Origin: Demequinaceae bacterium | GTDB taxonomy: Bacteria > Actinomycetota > Actinomycetes > Actinomycetales > Demequinaceae | Length of the DNA: 32,000 nt | Reading direction: 5' to 3' | NCBI GenBank assembly: GCA_965250005.1 | Contig: OZ252279.1 | Location: 1,320,001 to 1,352,000 of the forward strand | Part shown: piece after piece, positions 8,652 through 18,174 of the stretch | How positions within the stretch are numbered: position 1 is the first letter of the stretch | Layout: each line of letters opens with the position of its first letter | Program-made: the position numbers and the translations under genes | The notes under the pieces: model-generated | Told to the model about the DNA's origin: nothing | The model's input: the letters and a program-made list of their open reading frames with translations, nothing else | Database searches by the model: none

Positions 8652-9943
8652 CCCTGGCCAATCACTATTCGGGTTGTACCTTCCCACGCTGCAGGGTCAG
8701 TCACGTTTCGGCCATCGAGTAGCGCAACGACGCCAGGGAAGCTAGCAGGTGTGAGCGCGCGGTACTCGGTGTGATCTGCCTGAATTACGACGACTTCCGC
8801 CGCGTCGCCTATGTGGTGCGGTGTCCAGCCGAAGCCTTCGATCTCGGCATCCGAGTACATCGGGTCGTGCACAGTGACGTTTGCTCCTCGCTCGACCAGC
8901 GCAGCGACTGTGGCAAATACGCCTGAGAATGCCGTCTCCTTCACGCCTCCGCGATACGACGCGCCGAGCACTGCCACGTTCTTCGACGCGAGCGATCCTC
9001 CCGTCGCGGCCGTCACGAGGTCCACGGCGTAGTTTGGCATTTGCGAGTTCGCCTCACGAGCCGCCCGAACGACGGTCGCGTCGGGGTCGTTGAACAGGTA
9101 CAGGCGCGGATAAACCGGAATGCAATGGCCGCCAACAGCAATGCCGGGGCGGTGAATGTGGCTATACGGCTGCGAATTCGAGGCCTCGATAACTTTGTAG
9201 ATGTCGATGCCGGCCGTGTCTGCAAACCGAGCGAATTGGTTAGCGAGGCCGATGTTCACGTCACGATAGGTCGTCTCAGCGAGCTTCGCCATTTCGGCGG
9301 CCTCGGCCGAGCCCAGGTCCCACACGCCGTTCGCGCGATCAAGGTCAGGCCGGTCGTCGAAGTCTAGGACGGCCTCGTAGAACTCTGTCGCCTTGGCCGC
9401 GCCGTCATCCGAGAGCCCCCCGACGAGCTTGGGGTAGCGGCGAAGGTCAGAAAACACACGGCCCGTGAGGACGCGCTCGGGGGAGAACACCGCGTGGAAG
9501 TCCACGCCTTCCTTGAGGCTAGAAACCTCTTCAATGAGCGGGACCCAGCGCTTGCGGGTAGTGCCAACCGGCAAAGTCGTCTCGTAGGACACAAGCGTTC
9601 CCGGCGACAGGTGCTCGGCGAGTGAGCGCGTTGCGGCATCCATCCAACCGAAGTCGGGCTGCCACGTCTCGTCGTTGACGAATAGCGGGACAACGATGAC
9701 CACGGCGTCAGCTTCAGGAACCGCCTCAGAGTAATCCGTGGTCGCGCGAAGCCGGCCAGCCGGCACAAGCTCGCTCAAGCGGTCCTGAAGTTCAGCCTCG
9801 CCCGGGAACGGCTCTTCGCCCGCATTGATTTTGGCAACGAGCGCCTCGTTTACGTCGACACCAACTACGTCGTGTCCCTTACTGGCGAACTGCACCGCAA
9901 GCGGGAGCCCAATCTTGCCAAGTGCGACAACCGCGATCTTCAT
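8648..9943 (-). CDS. UDP-N-acetyl-hexosamine 6-dehydrogenase (nucleotide-sugar dehydrogenase family, WbpA/WecC-like)
   Basis: MKIAVVALGKIGLPLAVQFASKGHDVVGVDVN Rossmann motif and catalytic-Cys motif GGHCIPVYP. The ATG at 9943 has GAGG 8 nt upstream; the 9979 ATG extension is less likely. Confidence 0.88.
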   Translation of the reverse strand: MKIAVVALGKIGLPLAVQFASKGHDVVGVDVNEALVAKINAGEEPFPGEAELQDRLSELVPAGRLRATTDYSEAVPEADAVVIVVPLFVNDETWQPDFGWMDAATRSLAEHLSPGTLVSYETTLPVGTTRKRWVPLIEEVSSLKEGVDFHAVFSPERVLTGRVFSDLRRYPKLVGGLSDDGAAKATEFYEAVLDFDDRPDLDRANGVWDLGSAEAAEMAKLAETTYRDVNIGLANQFARFADTAGIDIYKVIEASNSQPYSHIHRPGIAVGGHCIPVYPRLYLFNDPDATVVRAAREANSQMPNYAVDLVTAATGGSLASKNVAVLGASYRGGVKETAFSGVFATVAALVERGANVTVHDPMYSDAEIEGFGWTPHHIGDAAEVVVIQADHTEYRALTPASFPGVVALLDGRNVTDPAAWEGTTRIVIGQG

Positions 9944-10047
9944 TGGGGCCTCATCATTCTTTTGATTTCTCGGGCTCAAGCAACCAACCCACCCTACCGA
10001 TCGTTATGAGAAGGATCACAAATCCAAGGTCCTAGACCGCCGGATGG

Positions 10048-13000
10048 ATGCCAATTGGGGAAAATAGGCGCAAAATGGTGAACATGGTATCCACACCTTT
10101 GCGTCGCGCCCTGACGGCCACCGTTGTCGGTGCGCTTGCAGTGGGGACCTTGGGTGTGATTGCGGTCGTCTCGAATCCCGACCCTTCCGGCGATGGCTAC
10201 GAGCCAGGCGAAGCCGCGCCGCTCGAGGGCTACCAGGAACTCCCCCTCACGGGCGAAAACGACGTCTACGCACCCACTCCCCGCGTGACGCACGGCGACG
10301 CAGCGTGGGAAGCTGAGAGCGAGACTTCTTCAGCCGGGACCGACGCGCCCTCCGGGGCGCCCGAACTTTCGCTCCCCGACTCGTTCGTGTCCGCCGTCAT
10401 GCCGCTCGCGCCTGACACCGCCTATGTCCTGGGCGTGACGTGGACCGGCGGAGCGCCGGCGAAGATTGCCGCCCGCATCATGGTTGGCGACGTGTGGGGC
10501 GACTGGGGGCACATCGGCGAAGAAGCCGGTGAGGGTGGCGCGGATGGAGGCCTTGGATCCGGCACCGAACCGTTCATTCTCGGCTCTGGCGTCGCCACCC
10601 AGGTACGCGTCACGACCACGGGCCACCCGGAGGATTTCACTATCCACCTCATCTCAGCGGACTCGGACCCCGTGGTCGCGTCGTTCGGAAATCCGCACGC
10701 GGGCCTCGGCAATTCGGCCCCTGGGGTGCTGCCCGAGCTCACCCGCGTGCCCAGCGTCGTGGTTCCCAATCCGCAGCCTGACGTCAATCTCCGCAGCGAA
10801 TGGGGCGCCTTTGATCCGGTGGGCACGTTCAACCCCGGCCGCGTGCAGGGTGCCGGCGTGCACCACACCGCGGGAACCAACAACTATTCGGCGGCGGACG
10901 TCCCCGGTATCTTGCGCGCAATTCAGACGTACCACGTGAGCGGTCGCGGTTGGTACGACATCGGCTACAACTTCCTCATAGACCGATTTGGCCAAGTGTG
11001 GGAGGGCCGCGCGGGCGGCATTGAAGAGACGTGGGCTGGCGTCCACTCGCACTCGTTCAACTCCGAAGTCACCGGAATCTCCGTGATGGGAAATTATGAG
11101 ACCGCCACCGTCCCCGCCGCGGTAGAGAACTCACTCGTCGCCCTCATCACATGGAAATTCAATGTCCATGGCGTCAACGTGAATGGTGAACTGATCCACA
11201 AGGGTGCGCGATTCCCCACGATCTTTGGGCACCGTGACGTCCCCGAATCGTCGACAGCGTGCCCAGGCAGGTACCTCTACGCACTGCTTCCGACCATTCG
11301 CGCGCGCGTCGCAGCGAACCAAGCGTTTCCTGCCTATGGATTCTCACAGGACGTCACAGGCGACGCCAAACACGATCTGCTGATACTCGAAGGAGACACC
11401 GCCACGGTCTTCGAGCAGGACCCTGACGCTGGGTCAACAGAGCCCGCCCCAATCACAGGCCACATCCCGTTCTACGGCTCTAGCAACGTCGGCTTCACGA
11501 TGGGCGACCGTTGGACATGGCTCATCGCAAGCCCGAGCCTCAGTGGCGCGAGGGGCACCGACATCATGGCGAAAGACCGCGTGGGGGTGCTCTGGCGCCT
11601 TGCCGAGAACGGCAGCGGAACGATCCAAAGTACATCCAAGTTCGGCGTCGGCTGGGGGCGCATGCGCGCGATCCTCGCCACGGGCGACTTCAACGGCGAC
11701 CGCCGCAACGACATCGTCGCCATCCACACCGCGTCGGCGACGCTCTGGTTTTACGCCGGGAACGGCCGCGGTGGCCTCCGGAGTGGCCGACAAATAGGCA
11801 ATGGCTGGAGCAGCATGGCGAACGCCTCGATGGTAGGCGACCTGAGCGGCGACGGCATCTCCGATTTGCTTGCTGTCACGCGCGCGTCGGGTGACCTGTA
11901 CTTCTACGCCGGAACTGGTCGAGGAACTTTTGGCAAGGCGCAACGCCTTGAGGCGGGATTCGCAGGCTTCCGAGACATTGCGGCGTCCCAAGACATCACC
12001 GGAGACGGCGTCTCCGACGTGATCCTGCACAACCCTGCCACGGGACAGACGCGAACGATGATCGGGTCGCGCTCTGGCATCCACGCGGGCTTCCTGGACT
12101 GGGCTGGCGGCTGGGGCAATTGGGATCGACCGATCGGGGCCACCAACTGGGGTGGCGTTCCCGGCAACACCTTCCTCGTGGTCGACACTTATACCGGCGA
12201 GCTCGTCAAGCCAACTCTCAATCGCGATGCTCCCATTCCTGGCGAGGTGGTGTATCCCGGCTACACCGCCACATCCCGCACGCTGACAATCCCCAACCTC
12301 GCGAACGCCTTCATCGTGGGCGACGCCGGCGGATCCGCGGCTTCTGATGTCGTCGCAATCGACATTGAGGGCGACGCCTACCTCCTGCTCGCCACAGAAT
12401 CAGGCTTCGAAGCGCCGGTCAAGATTGGCGTGGGAATGGGCGCGTACGAGCACGTCGCGCCCGCGGGGGACTCGTCGCTCGACGGGATACCCGACCTTGT
12501 CGCAGTGGACTCGTCGGGTGGCGTGTGGGTTTTGCCCATGCGTGACGAGGGCGGCCTCACACTCGGCAACGCAATGCTCGTCGACAACGGGCGGGTTGGC
12601 CAGCGCGTGTACGGCGTCGGGTCCTGGCTCGCTGGCTCGCGCAACGACTTTGTCGCAATTGACGACGCCACGGGGGACGTCCAGATCCTTACGGGTCACG
12701 GGCTCGCAGCCGTGACGGGCGCGACGACGATCGACACGGGGTGGACCGGCCTCGAACTTACCGCCGCTGGCGAACCGGCGTACGCAGCCGCCCCCAGCGT
12801 CGTGACGTTCGACCGGGTTTCGGCCACGTTCAAGATTCACGTAGCCGACGCCACGGGTGCCATCGCGGCGTCCAATCCCCTTTCAGTTGCGATCACCCCT
12901 GGTCAGCACCTCGGTCCGAATGCCGTAGATGTGCTTCCGCCCGCGCTCGATTTTGTCGACGCCGCCGTAACGTCGGTCACCATTGACGGGCGGGGGTACG

Positions 13001-14874
13001 GTCACGGCAAGGGCCTCGCGCAATACGGTGCGCGGGCCCGTGCTGATGGCGGACACACGTCTGAGGAGATTCTTGCTTTCTACTACCCCGGAACCACTAC
13101 CGGCACCGCGCCGAACGACGCCATTCGGGTTTGGATTCGGGACGCGGATACGGACGCGCTGCGCTTCGTCGCCGAACCGGGCCTGTCGGTCCACGCGGGC
13201 GGGACGCCCGTGGAGTTGCCTACGGATCTGGGCGGAGCGATCCTCGAGTGGCGCGTGGTTCCCACAGGAGCGGGGCTGAGCCTGTTCTATATGACCGGGT
13301 CGACCTGGCTCCCTGCGTCGATCACCGGCCTCGACCTGACGGCGGCGACGGCTCTCAGCATCACGCCCGCGGACGGTGCCGCCAGGGCCGGATATGGGGC
13401 AACCGCCGGGAGCCGGGAATTCCCGGGCGTGCTCACCATGCTCACCGACCCAAGTTCAGCGACGACTATGCGGCTCGTGGTCACGCTCCCGCTTGAAGAG
13501 TACGTGCGCAGCGTGGTCCCGCGCGAAATGCCGGCGAGCTGGGCCTCCGAGGCGCTCAAGGCGCAATCGGTCGCCGCGAGGAGCTACGCGGTCTTCGACA
13601 TTTCCGACGGCGGCTCCACCTGGTACGACACCTGCAGCACCACAGCATGTCAGGTGTACGGAGGGCTCGCGGACTACCGGAGCGACGGTTCGCTGGCCTC
13701 AACCAACGTTGACTCTCGAACGGACGCCGCGACCGCAGCCACGGCGGGCACAATCCTCCTGTACGACGGCACGGTCGCGTTCACCCAGTTCAGCGCATCA
13801 AACGGCACTCAAACTGCGACAGGCTCTCAGCCCTACCAGGTTTCGGTCGCCGACCCGTTCGACGATTACGCGCCATGGAGCGTTCAACTCGACATCAACG
13901 CCATCGAGGCCGCGTACCCTTCCGTCGGCACCATCACCAGGATTCGCGTGACGCGCGACGGGAACGGCCCCTATGGCGGACGCGTAGTCTCGCTCGCCAT
14001 CACCGGCGAGTCCAGCTCAATTGACGTAACTGGCAACGAGTTCCGCTTCGCGCTGCAGCTCAAGTCCACGCTCTTTGACCTTGAGCTGAGCGTCGGCGAG
14101 ACCACCGGATACCGATCGCGCGACTTCAACTACGATGGATTTTCCGACATCTCGCTCATCGCAGCGGACGGCTCCATTCTCGTCTATCCGGGTACCACGT
14201 CGCTGAACTTCCTTGCGAGCGTCGGCTCTGCGAGCGGGCTCCGCTCCTATAGCGCAGTCGCCGCCGTCGTCGGCTTCGATGGTGGGACCCAGCGCGGGCT
14301 GATCGGCGTAGCGGGTGGCGCAATCGAGTACCGAGCATTCACCGCCAGCGCCACGCTCGGTGCACCGATCGCTGTTGCAGGCGACTGGACGGGCTTGGAT
14401 CTGATGGGGGCGCTCGACGGCTGGAACGGCACAGGAACCACCGGTCTGATGGTTCGCGACCCAAGCACAGACAGCCTCTACATCTACCCAGCGAGCGGCA
14501 CCGGCGGGCTCGCCGCGCGTATCCAGATCACGGACCAGTGGGGCTTCGCCGAGGAAATCATGCCCGCAGGCGACATCGATCACGACGGCCTAGCAGACAT
14601 TCTGACCTTCGACGCCGACACGGGCGTGATTCGCCTTCACCGGGGCGAAACCGGAGCCACATGGAACGCCACAGGCACCGTCGTCGTGACCGGACTCACG
14701 GACGCGGACGCGTTCATCACGAGCGGCGACTGGAACGTCGACGGCGAGTTCGACATCGTCTATCGTGCGCCATCATCGGGCCGCACCTACTATTTGCTGT
14801 CCGACGGCGCTGGCGGATTCGAGGCCGCCGTCCTGCTCGGCAAAGGCTACAGCTCGTACATCCTGGTCAACTAG
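10048..14874 (+). CDS. Giant secreted or membrane-anchored cell-wall enzyme: N-acetylmuramoyl-L-alanine amidase (PGRP/Amidase_2) + FG-GAP/VCBS repeats + SpoIID/LytB domain + FG-GAP/VCBS repeats
   Basis: One uninterrupted ORF. TM/signal segment ALTATVVGALAVGTLGVIAVV. Amidase_2 at about 10790..11300 (VHHTAG, YNFLIDRFGQVWEGR, FGHRD, TACPG). About 8 repeats of the GDxxGDGxxDxxA type at about 11340..12720. SpoIID/LytB at about 12960..14010 (GYGHGKGLAQYGA, EEYVRSVVPREM...EALKAQSVAARSYA, CSTTACQVYGG, QFSASNGTQT). About 5 more repeats at 14100..14871. Alternative starts at 10075 and 10084. Confidence 0.9.
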   Translation: MPIGENRRKMVNMVSTPLRRALTATVVGALAVGTLGVIAVVSNPDPSGDGYEPGEAAPLEGYQELPLTGENDVYAPTPRVTHGDAAWEAESETSSAGTDAPSGAPELSLPDSFVSAVMPLAPDTAYVLGVTWTGGAPAKIAARIMVGDVWGDWGHIGEEAGEGGADGGLGSGTEPFILGSGVATQVRVTTTGHPEDFTIHLISADSDPVVASFGNPHAGLGNSAPGVLPELTRVPSVVVPNPQPDVNLRSEWGAFDPVGTFNPGRVQGAGVHHTAGTNNYSAADVPGILRAIQTYHVSGRGWYDIGYNFLIDRFGQVWEGRAGGIEETWAGVHSHSFNSEVTGISVMGNYETATVPAAVENSLVALITWKFNVHGVNVNGELIHKGARFPTIFGHRDVPESSTACPGRYLYALLPTIRARVAANQAFPAYGFSQDVTGDAKHDLLILEGDTATVFEQDPDAGSTEPAPITGHIPFYGSSNVGFTMGDRWTWLIASPSLSGARGTDIMAKDRVGVLWRLAENGSGTIQSTSKFGVGWGRMRAILATGDFNGDRRNDIVAIHTASATLWFYAGNGRGGLRSGRQIGNGWSSMANASMVGDLSGDGISDLLAVTRASGDLYFYAGTGRGTFGKAQRLEAGFAGFRDIAASQDITGDGVSDVILHNPATGQTRTMIGSRSGIHAGFLDWAGGWGNWDRPIGATNWGGVPGNTFLVVDTYTGELVKPTLNRDAPIPGEVVYPGYTATSRTLTIPNLANAFIVGDAGGSAASDVVAIDIEGDAYLLLATESGFEAPVKIGVGMGAYEHVAPAGDSSLDGIPDLVAVDSSGGVWVLPMRDEGGLTLGNAMLVDNGRVGQRVYGVGSWLAGSRNDFVAIDDATGDVQILTGHGLAAVTGATTIDTGWTGLELTAAGEPAYAAAPSVVTFDRVSATFKIHVADATGAIAASNPLSVAITPGQHLGPNAVDVLPPALDFVDAAVTSVTIDGRGYGHGKGLAQYGARARADGGHTSEEILAFYYPGTTTGTAPNDAIRVWIRDADTDALRFVAEPGLSVHAGGTPVELPTDLGGAILEWRVVPTGAGLSLFYMTGSTWLPASITGLDLTAATALSITPADGAARAGYGATAGSREFPGVLTMLTDPSSATTMRLVVTLPLEEYVRSVVPREMPASWASEALKAQSVAARSYAVFDISDGGSTWYDTCSTTACQVYGGLADYRSDGSLASTNVDSRTDAATAATAGTILLYDGTVAFTQFSASNGTQTATGSQPYQVSVADPFDDYAPWSVQLDINAIEAAYPSVGTITRIRVTRDGNGPYGGRVVSLAITGESSSIDVTGNEFRFALQLKSTLFDLELSVGETTGYRSRDFNYDGFSDISLIAADGSILVYPGTTSLNFLASVGSASGLRSYSAVAAVVGFDGGTQRGLIGVAGGAIEYRAFTASATLGAPIAVAGDWTGLDLMGALDGWNGTGTTGLMVRDPSTDSLYIYPASGTGGLAARIQITDQWGFAEEIMPAGDIDHDGLADILTFDADTGVIRLHRGETGATWNATGTVVVTGLTDADAFITSGDWNVDGEFDIVYRAPSSGRTYYLLSDGAGGFEAAVLLGKGYSSYILVN

Positions 14875-15857
14875 AGCGTGACCGTCCGACCAGTCTGAGC
14901 GGATTCGAGAGCCGCTGCCGCGACTCGAACCGTCGCCAGCCCCTGCTCCATTGTGACGATGTCAGCATCCTTGCCCAAGACCGCGTCACGGAAAGCCTCG
15001 TGCTCAGTCTTGAGCGGCTCCGTCTTGGGGAACGCGTAGCGCACCACGTCGCCTTCGGAGACGCCGCGGAAGCCAGAGACCGCGTCCCAGGTGGTGGCGA
15101 CGGTGCCGTTGGCGTGGAAGGTGAGGTCAGCGGTAAGTGTGTCTGCGACAAAGGCGCCGCGTTCGCCCGTGACGACGCTCAGCCGTTCCTTCATGGGCGA
15201 CAGCCAGTTCACAAGGTGATTTGCGACCGCCCCGTTGGACAGTTTTCCGGTCGCGGCGATGAGGTCCTCATACTCGCGGCCCGACTTGAGGGCTGTCTGC
15301 GCCGAGATAGTCGTATAGGTCGACTGTGTCACCCACGCCGTGAGATCGATGTCGTGCGTCGCAAGATCCTTGACCACGCCCACGTCCGCGATTCTCGCGG
15401 GGAATGGGCCTTGCCTTCGGGTCGCAACCTGATACATCTCGCCTAGGTCGCCGGCTGAAAGACGTGCGCGAAGTTGCTGAAGGGCAGGGTTGAAGCGTTC
15501 GATGTGACCGACAGCGCCCACGAGGCCCGCGTCAACGAAGGCTTTGGTGACGCGCTCCGCGCCGGCGGGTTCGGGAGCCAGCGGCTTCTCGACCATGGCG
15601 TGCACGCCCGAAGCAGCGAGGGCGAGTGCGATGTCCTCGTGATAGATCGTGGGCGCGGCAACCATGACATAGTCAACACCGAGTGCGATGAGGTCTTCGA
15701 CGCCCGCTAGAACGTCGAGCCCGCTTGCGACGCCGTGCGGGTCGCCTCCTGGGTCGGCGACGCCCACGAGGTCCACTCCTTCGAGCGAACGGAGAACGCG
15801 GGCGTGGTGGCGCCCCATCATGCCGAGCCCGATGAGGCCTGCGCGGAGATTGGACAT
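14871..15857 (-). CDS. Gfo/Idh/MocA family NAD-dependent oxidoreductase (WbpB-like UDP-GlcNAcA 3-dehydrogenase)
   Basis: N-terminus MSNLRAGLIGLGMMGRHHARV and an EKP motif (MVEKPLA). The ATG at 15857 overlaps the upstream TGA (TGATG). Confidence 0.85.
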   Translation of the reverse strand: MSNLRAGLIGLGMMGRHHARVLRSLEGVDLVGVADPGGDPHGVASGLDVLAGVEDLIALGVDYVMVAAPTIYHEDIALALAASGVHAMVEKPLAPEPAGAERVTKAFVDAGLVGAVGHIERFNPALQQLRARLSAGDLGEMYQVATRRQGPFPARIADVGVVKDLATHDIDLTAWVTQSTYTTISAQTALKSGREYEDLIAATGKLSNGAVANHLVNWLSPMKERLSVVTGERGAFVADTLTADLTFHANGTVATTWDAVSGFRGVSEGDVVRYAFPKTEPLKTEHEAFRDAVLGKDADIVTMEQGLATVRVAAAALESAQTGRTVTL

Positions 15858-16948
15858 CAAGCACCTGCCTTAGCAACGGCGTTGACGCCAGCGACAATGC
15901 GCTCGAGTTCCACCTGAGATAGCGATGGGTGAACGGGGAGCGATAGGACCTCGTCGCACGCGACCTGCGTGTGAGGTAGGTCCTTAGTCTCCGCGAACGA
16001 GGGCAACTCGTGGTTAGGGATTGGGTAGTAAACACCGCTCCCCACAGCGTGCTCCGCGCCGAGAGCCTTGGCAAAGCCGTCGCGGTCGGAACTCACCCGG
16101 ATCGTGTACTGATGGTAGACGTGCGTCGCCTCAGGTGCGACGGGCGGCACCGTGACACCCTCGAGGTTCTCGCTCAGGAAGGCGCCGTTTGCCTGGCGCT
16201 GCGTGGTCCATGCGGGGAGCTTGCCAAGCTGCACGCGGCCGATCGCGGCGTGGATGTCCGTCATACGGGCGTTGAAGCCGACTATTTCGTTCTCGTAACG
16301 CGTCTCCATGCCTTGGTTTCGCAGGAGTCGGACGTACCGCGCGATCTCTTCGGTTGCGCACGACACCATCCCTCCTTCTCCCGACGTCATGTTCTTGGTC
16401 GGGTAGAGGCTGAACATCGCAAACTCGCCGAAAGCTCCGACCGGCGTGCCATTCCATGAGGCACCGTGGGCCTGCGCCGCATCTTCGTAGATTGCGATTC
16501 CATGCTTCGTTGCGAGTTCACCGAGCGCCGTCATATCTGCTGGATGCCCGTACAGATGCACGGGCATGATCCCCTTAGTTTTCGGAGTGATTGCGGCTTC
16601 GACGGCCGCAACGTCGAGGCAGAAATAATCCGGCTCAATGTCAACAAACACCGGGGTCGCGCCCACGAGAGCAACTGAATTCGCCGTGGCGGCGAACGTG
16701 AACGATGGCACGATGACTTCGTCCCCCGCGCTCACGCCCGCGGCCAGAAGACCTAGGTGGAGCCCTGCGGTTCCCGATGAAACCGCAACGGACGTCCGTC
16801 CACCGATCAACTGGTCTCCGAATTCCTCTTCGAAAGCTGCGACCTCAGGTCCCTGCGCCACCATCCCCGATCGCATCACACGGTCGACAGCGGCGCACTC
16901 CTCTGCGCCAATGATTGGCTTAGCTGCTGGAATCATGTCCGCGGCCAT
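15857..16948 (-). CDS. DegT/DnrJ/EryC1/StrS family PLP aminotransferase (WbpE-like)
   Basis: IPAAKPIIGAEE N-terminus, AVSSGTAGLHL, and the PLP-lysine region SLYPTKNMTSGEGG; 363 aa. Confidence 0.9.
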   Translation of the reverse strand: MAADMIPAAKPIIGAEECAAVDRVMRSGMVAQGPEVAAFEEEFGDQLIGGRTSVAVSSGTAGLHLGLLAAGVSAGDEVIVPSFTFAATANSVALVGATPVFVDIEPDYFCLDVAAVEAAITPKTKGIMPVHLYGHPADMTALGELATKHGIAIYEDAAQAHGASWNGTPVGAFGEFAMFSLYPTKNMTSGEGGMVSCATEEIARYVRLLRNQGMETRYENEIVGFNARMTDIHAAIGRVQLGKLPAWTTQRQANGAFLSENLEGVTVPPVAPEATHVYHQYTIRVSSDRDGFAKALGAEHAVGSGVYYPIPNHELPSFAETKDLPHTQVACDEVLSLPVHPSLSQVELERIVAGVNAVAKAGA

Positions 16949-17079
16949 GGGCTCTCTCTCTGTTCGCTGGACGGTTTGACTCCTACGTCCCCGGACGACG
17001 TAGTGGCTACTTCACCGTCGATAATTTCGAGCCTAACGGTACGCGTTTTCATACTAGTAGGCCGTTCGGCCCAGGGCCG

Positions 17080-18144
17080 TCACGACGACAGTGGGTGCCC
17101 AACAAGGGTGCGGGCGACATCTCCCGCTGCGTCGCCCGCACCAAAGGGCGTCCCCACTGGTGCCGATGGGGCGGGCCGCTGGAGCGCCTCGAGCAGTCGG
17201 TCGGGATCGGGAAGGAGTACATTCCATCCGTTCTCGAGCGTTTCCACCCACTCAGTTTCTGTGCGGACCGTGGTGCACGGGCGCTCGAGCACGTACGCCT
17301 CCTTCTGAAGTCCTCCCGAGTCTGTAATAACGCCCGTGGACCCGAGCACGGCGGCCACCAGATCTGAATAGCCGAGAGGCTCGCGCACGCTGATGGCCCC
17401 CTGGTCTAGGCGGATCCCGTGAGCATCGGCGCGAGCTTTGAGGCGCGGGTGCGCCAGGAGAACGACCTCGCGGTCCGCTGCGGCAAGCGCGGCGACGATG
17501 GACGCGAGACGCACACCCTCGTCCGTGTTCTCTGCACGGTGGATGGTTGCGACGTAGTACTCGCCGTCCACCCCCAATCCGGCATCTGCCCCGCGGGCTA
17601 AGACGCCGTCCCGGACGGCGAGGCAAACATCCACCATGACGTCGCCAATGAGTCGCGAGCGCCCCGCCAGGCCCTCGCGCTGGAGGTGGCTCATGGCGGT
17701 TTCCGTTGGCGCGAGCAGGAGGTCGGCGGCGTGGTCTGTGAGGACGCGGTTGTGCTCCTCGGGCATGCGCCGGTTGAACGAACGCAAGCCCGCCTCAAGG
17801 TGCGCGAGCGGGCGGTGCAACTTCACCGCCGCGACAGATGCGGCGAGTGTGGAGTTGGTGTCGCCGTAGACGAGCACCCAATCGGGATCGGCCTCTTCGA
17901 TCGTAGTCTCGAGCGACGCGAGCATCGCTCCCGTCTGCGCACCGTGGCTTGCCGAGCCGATCTCGAGATTCACGTCGGGTGTGGGGATCTCGAGCCCCTC
18001 GAAAAATACGTCCGACAAATTCACATCGTAGTGTTGGCCGGTGTGGACAATCGTGTGCTTCACATCCGCATGCGCCATGGCCCGGGCGACCGGCGCTAGT
18101 TTGACGAACTGAGGGCGCGCACCGACAACGCTGAGAACACGCAT
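17080..18144 (-). CDS. wecB: UDP-N-acetylglucosamine 2-epimerase, non-hydrolysing (WecB/WbpI-like)
   Basis: MRVLSVVGARPQFVKLAPV, HTGQHYD, GDTNSTLA and DSGGLQKEA motifs; 354 aa. Confidence 0.9.
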   Translation of the reverse strand: MRVLSVVGARPQFVKLAPVARAMAHADVKHTIVHTGQHYDVNLSDVFFEGLEIPTPDVNLEIGSASHGAQTGAMLASLETTIEEADPDWVLVYGDTNSTLAASVAAVKLHRPLAHLEAGLRSFNRRMPEEHNRVLTDHAADLLLAPTETAMSHLQREGLAGRSRLIGDVMVDVCLAVRDGVLARGADAGLGVDGEYYVATIHRAENTDEGVRLASIVAALAAADREVVLLAHPRLKARADAHGIRLDQGAISVREPLGYSDLVAAVLGSTGVITDSGGLQKEAYVLERPCTTVRTETEWVETLENGWNVLLPDPDRLLEALQRPAPSAPVGTPFGAGDAAGDVARTLVGHPLSS

Positions 18145-18174
18145 CAGCGCGCGTCCCGAGCGGTCATCAGCGGC

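Noticed and set aside
9944-10074. Possible riboswitch or sRNA in the lower-GC divergent region between the dehydrogenase and the giant hydrolase gene
   Set aside because: I could find no conserved riboswitch core or stable extended structure by eye. It is most simply a shared promoter region.
14538-15446. 302-aa plus-strand Arg-rich ORF spanning the hydrolase/oxidoreductase junction
   Set aside because: It is out of frame with the end of the 1608-aa gene and antisense to the Gfo/Idh/MocA gene. The poly-Arg/His composition is non-protein-like.
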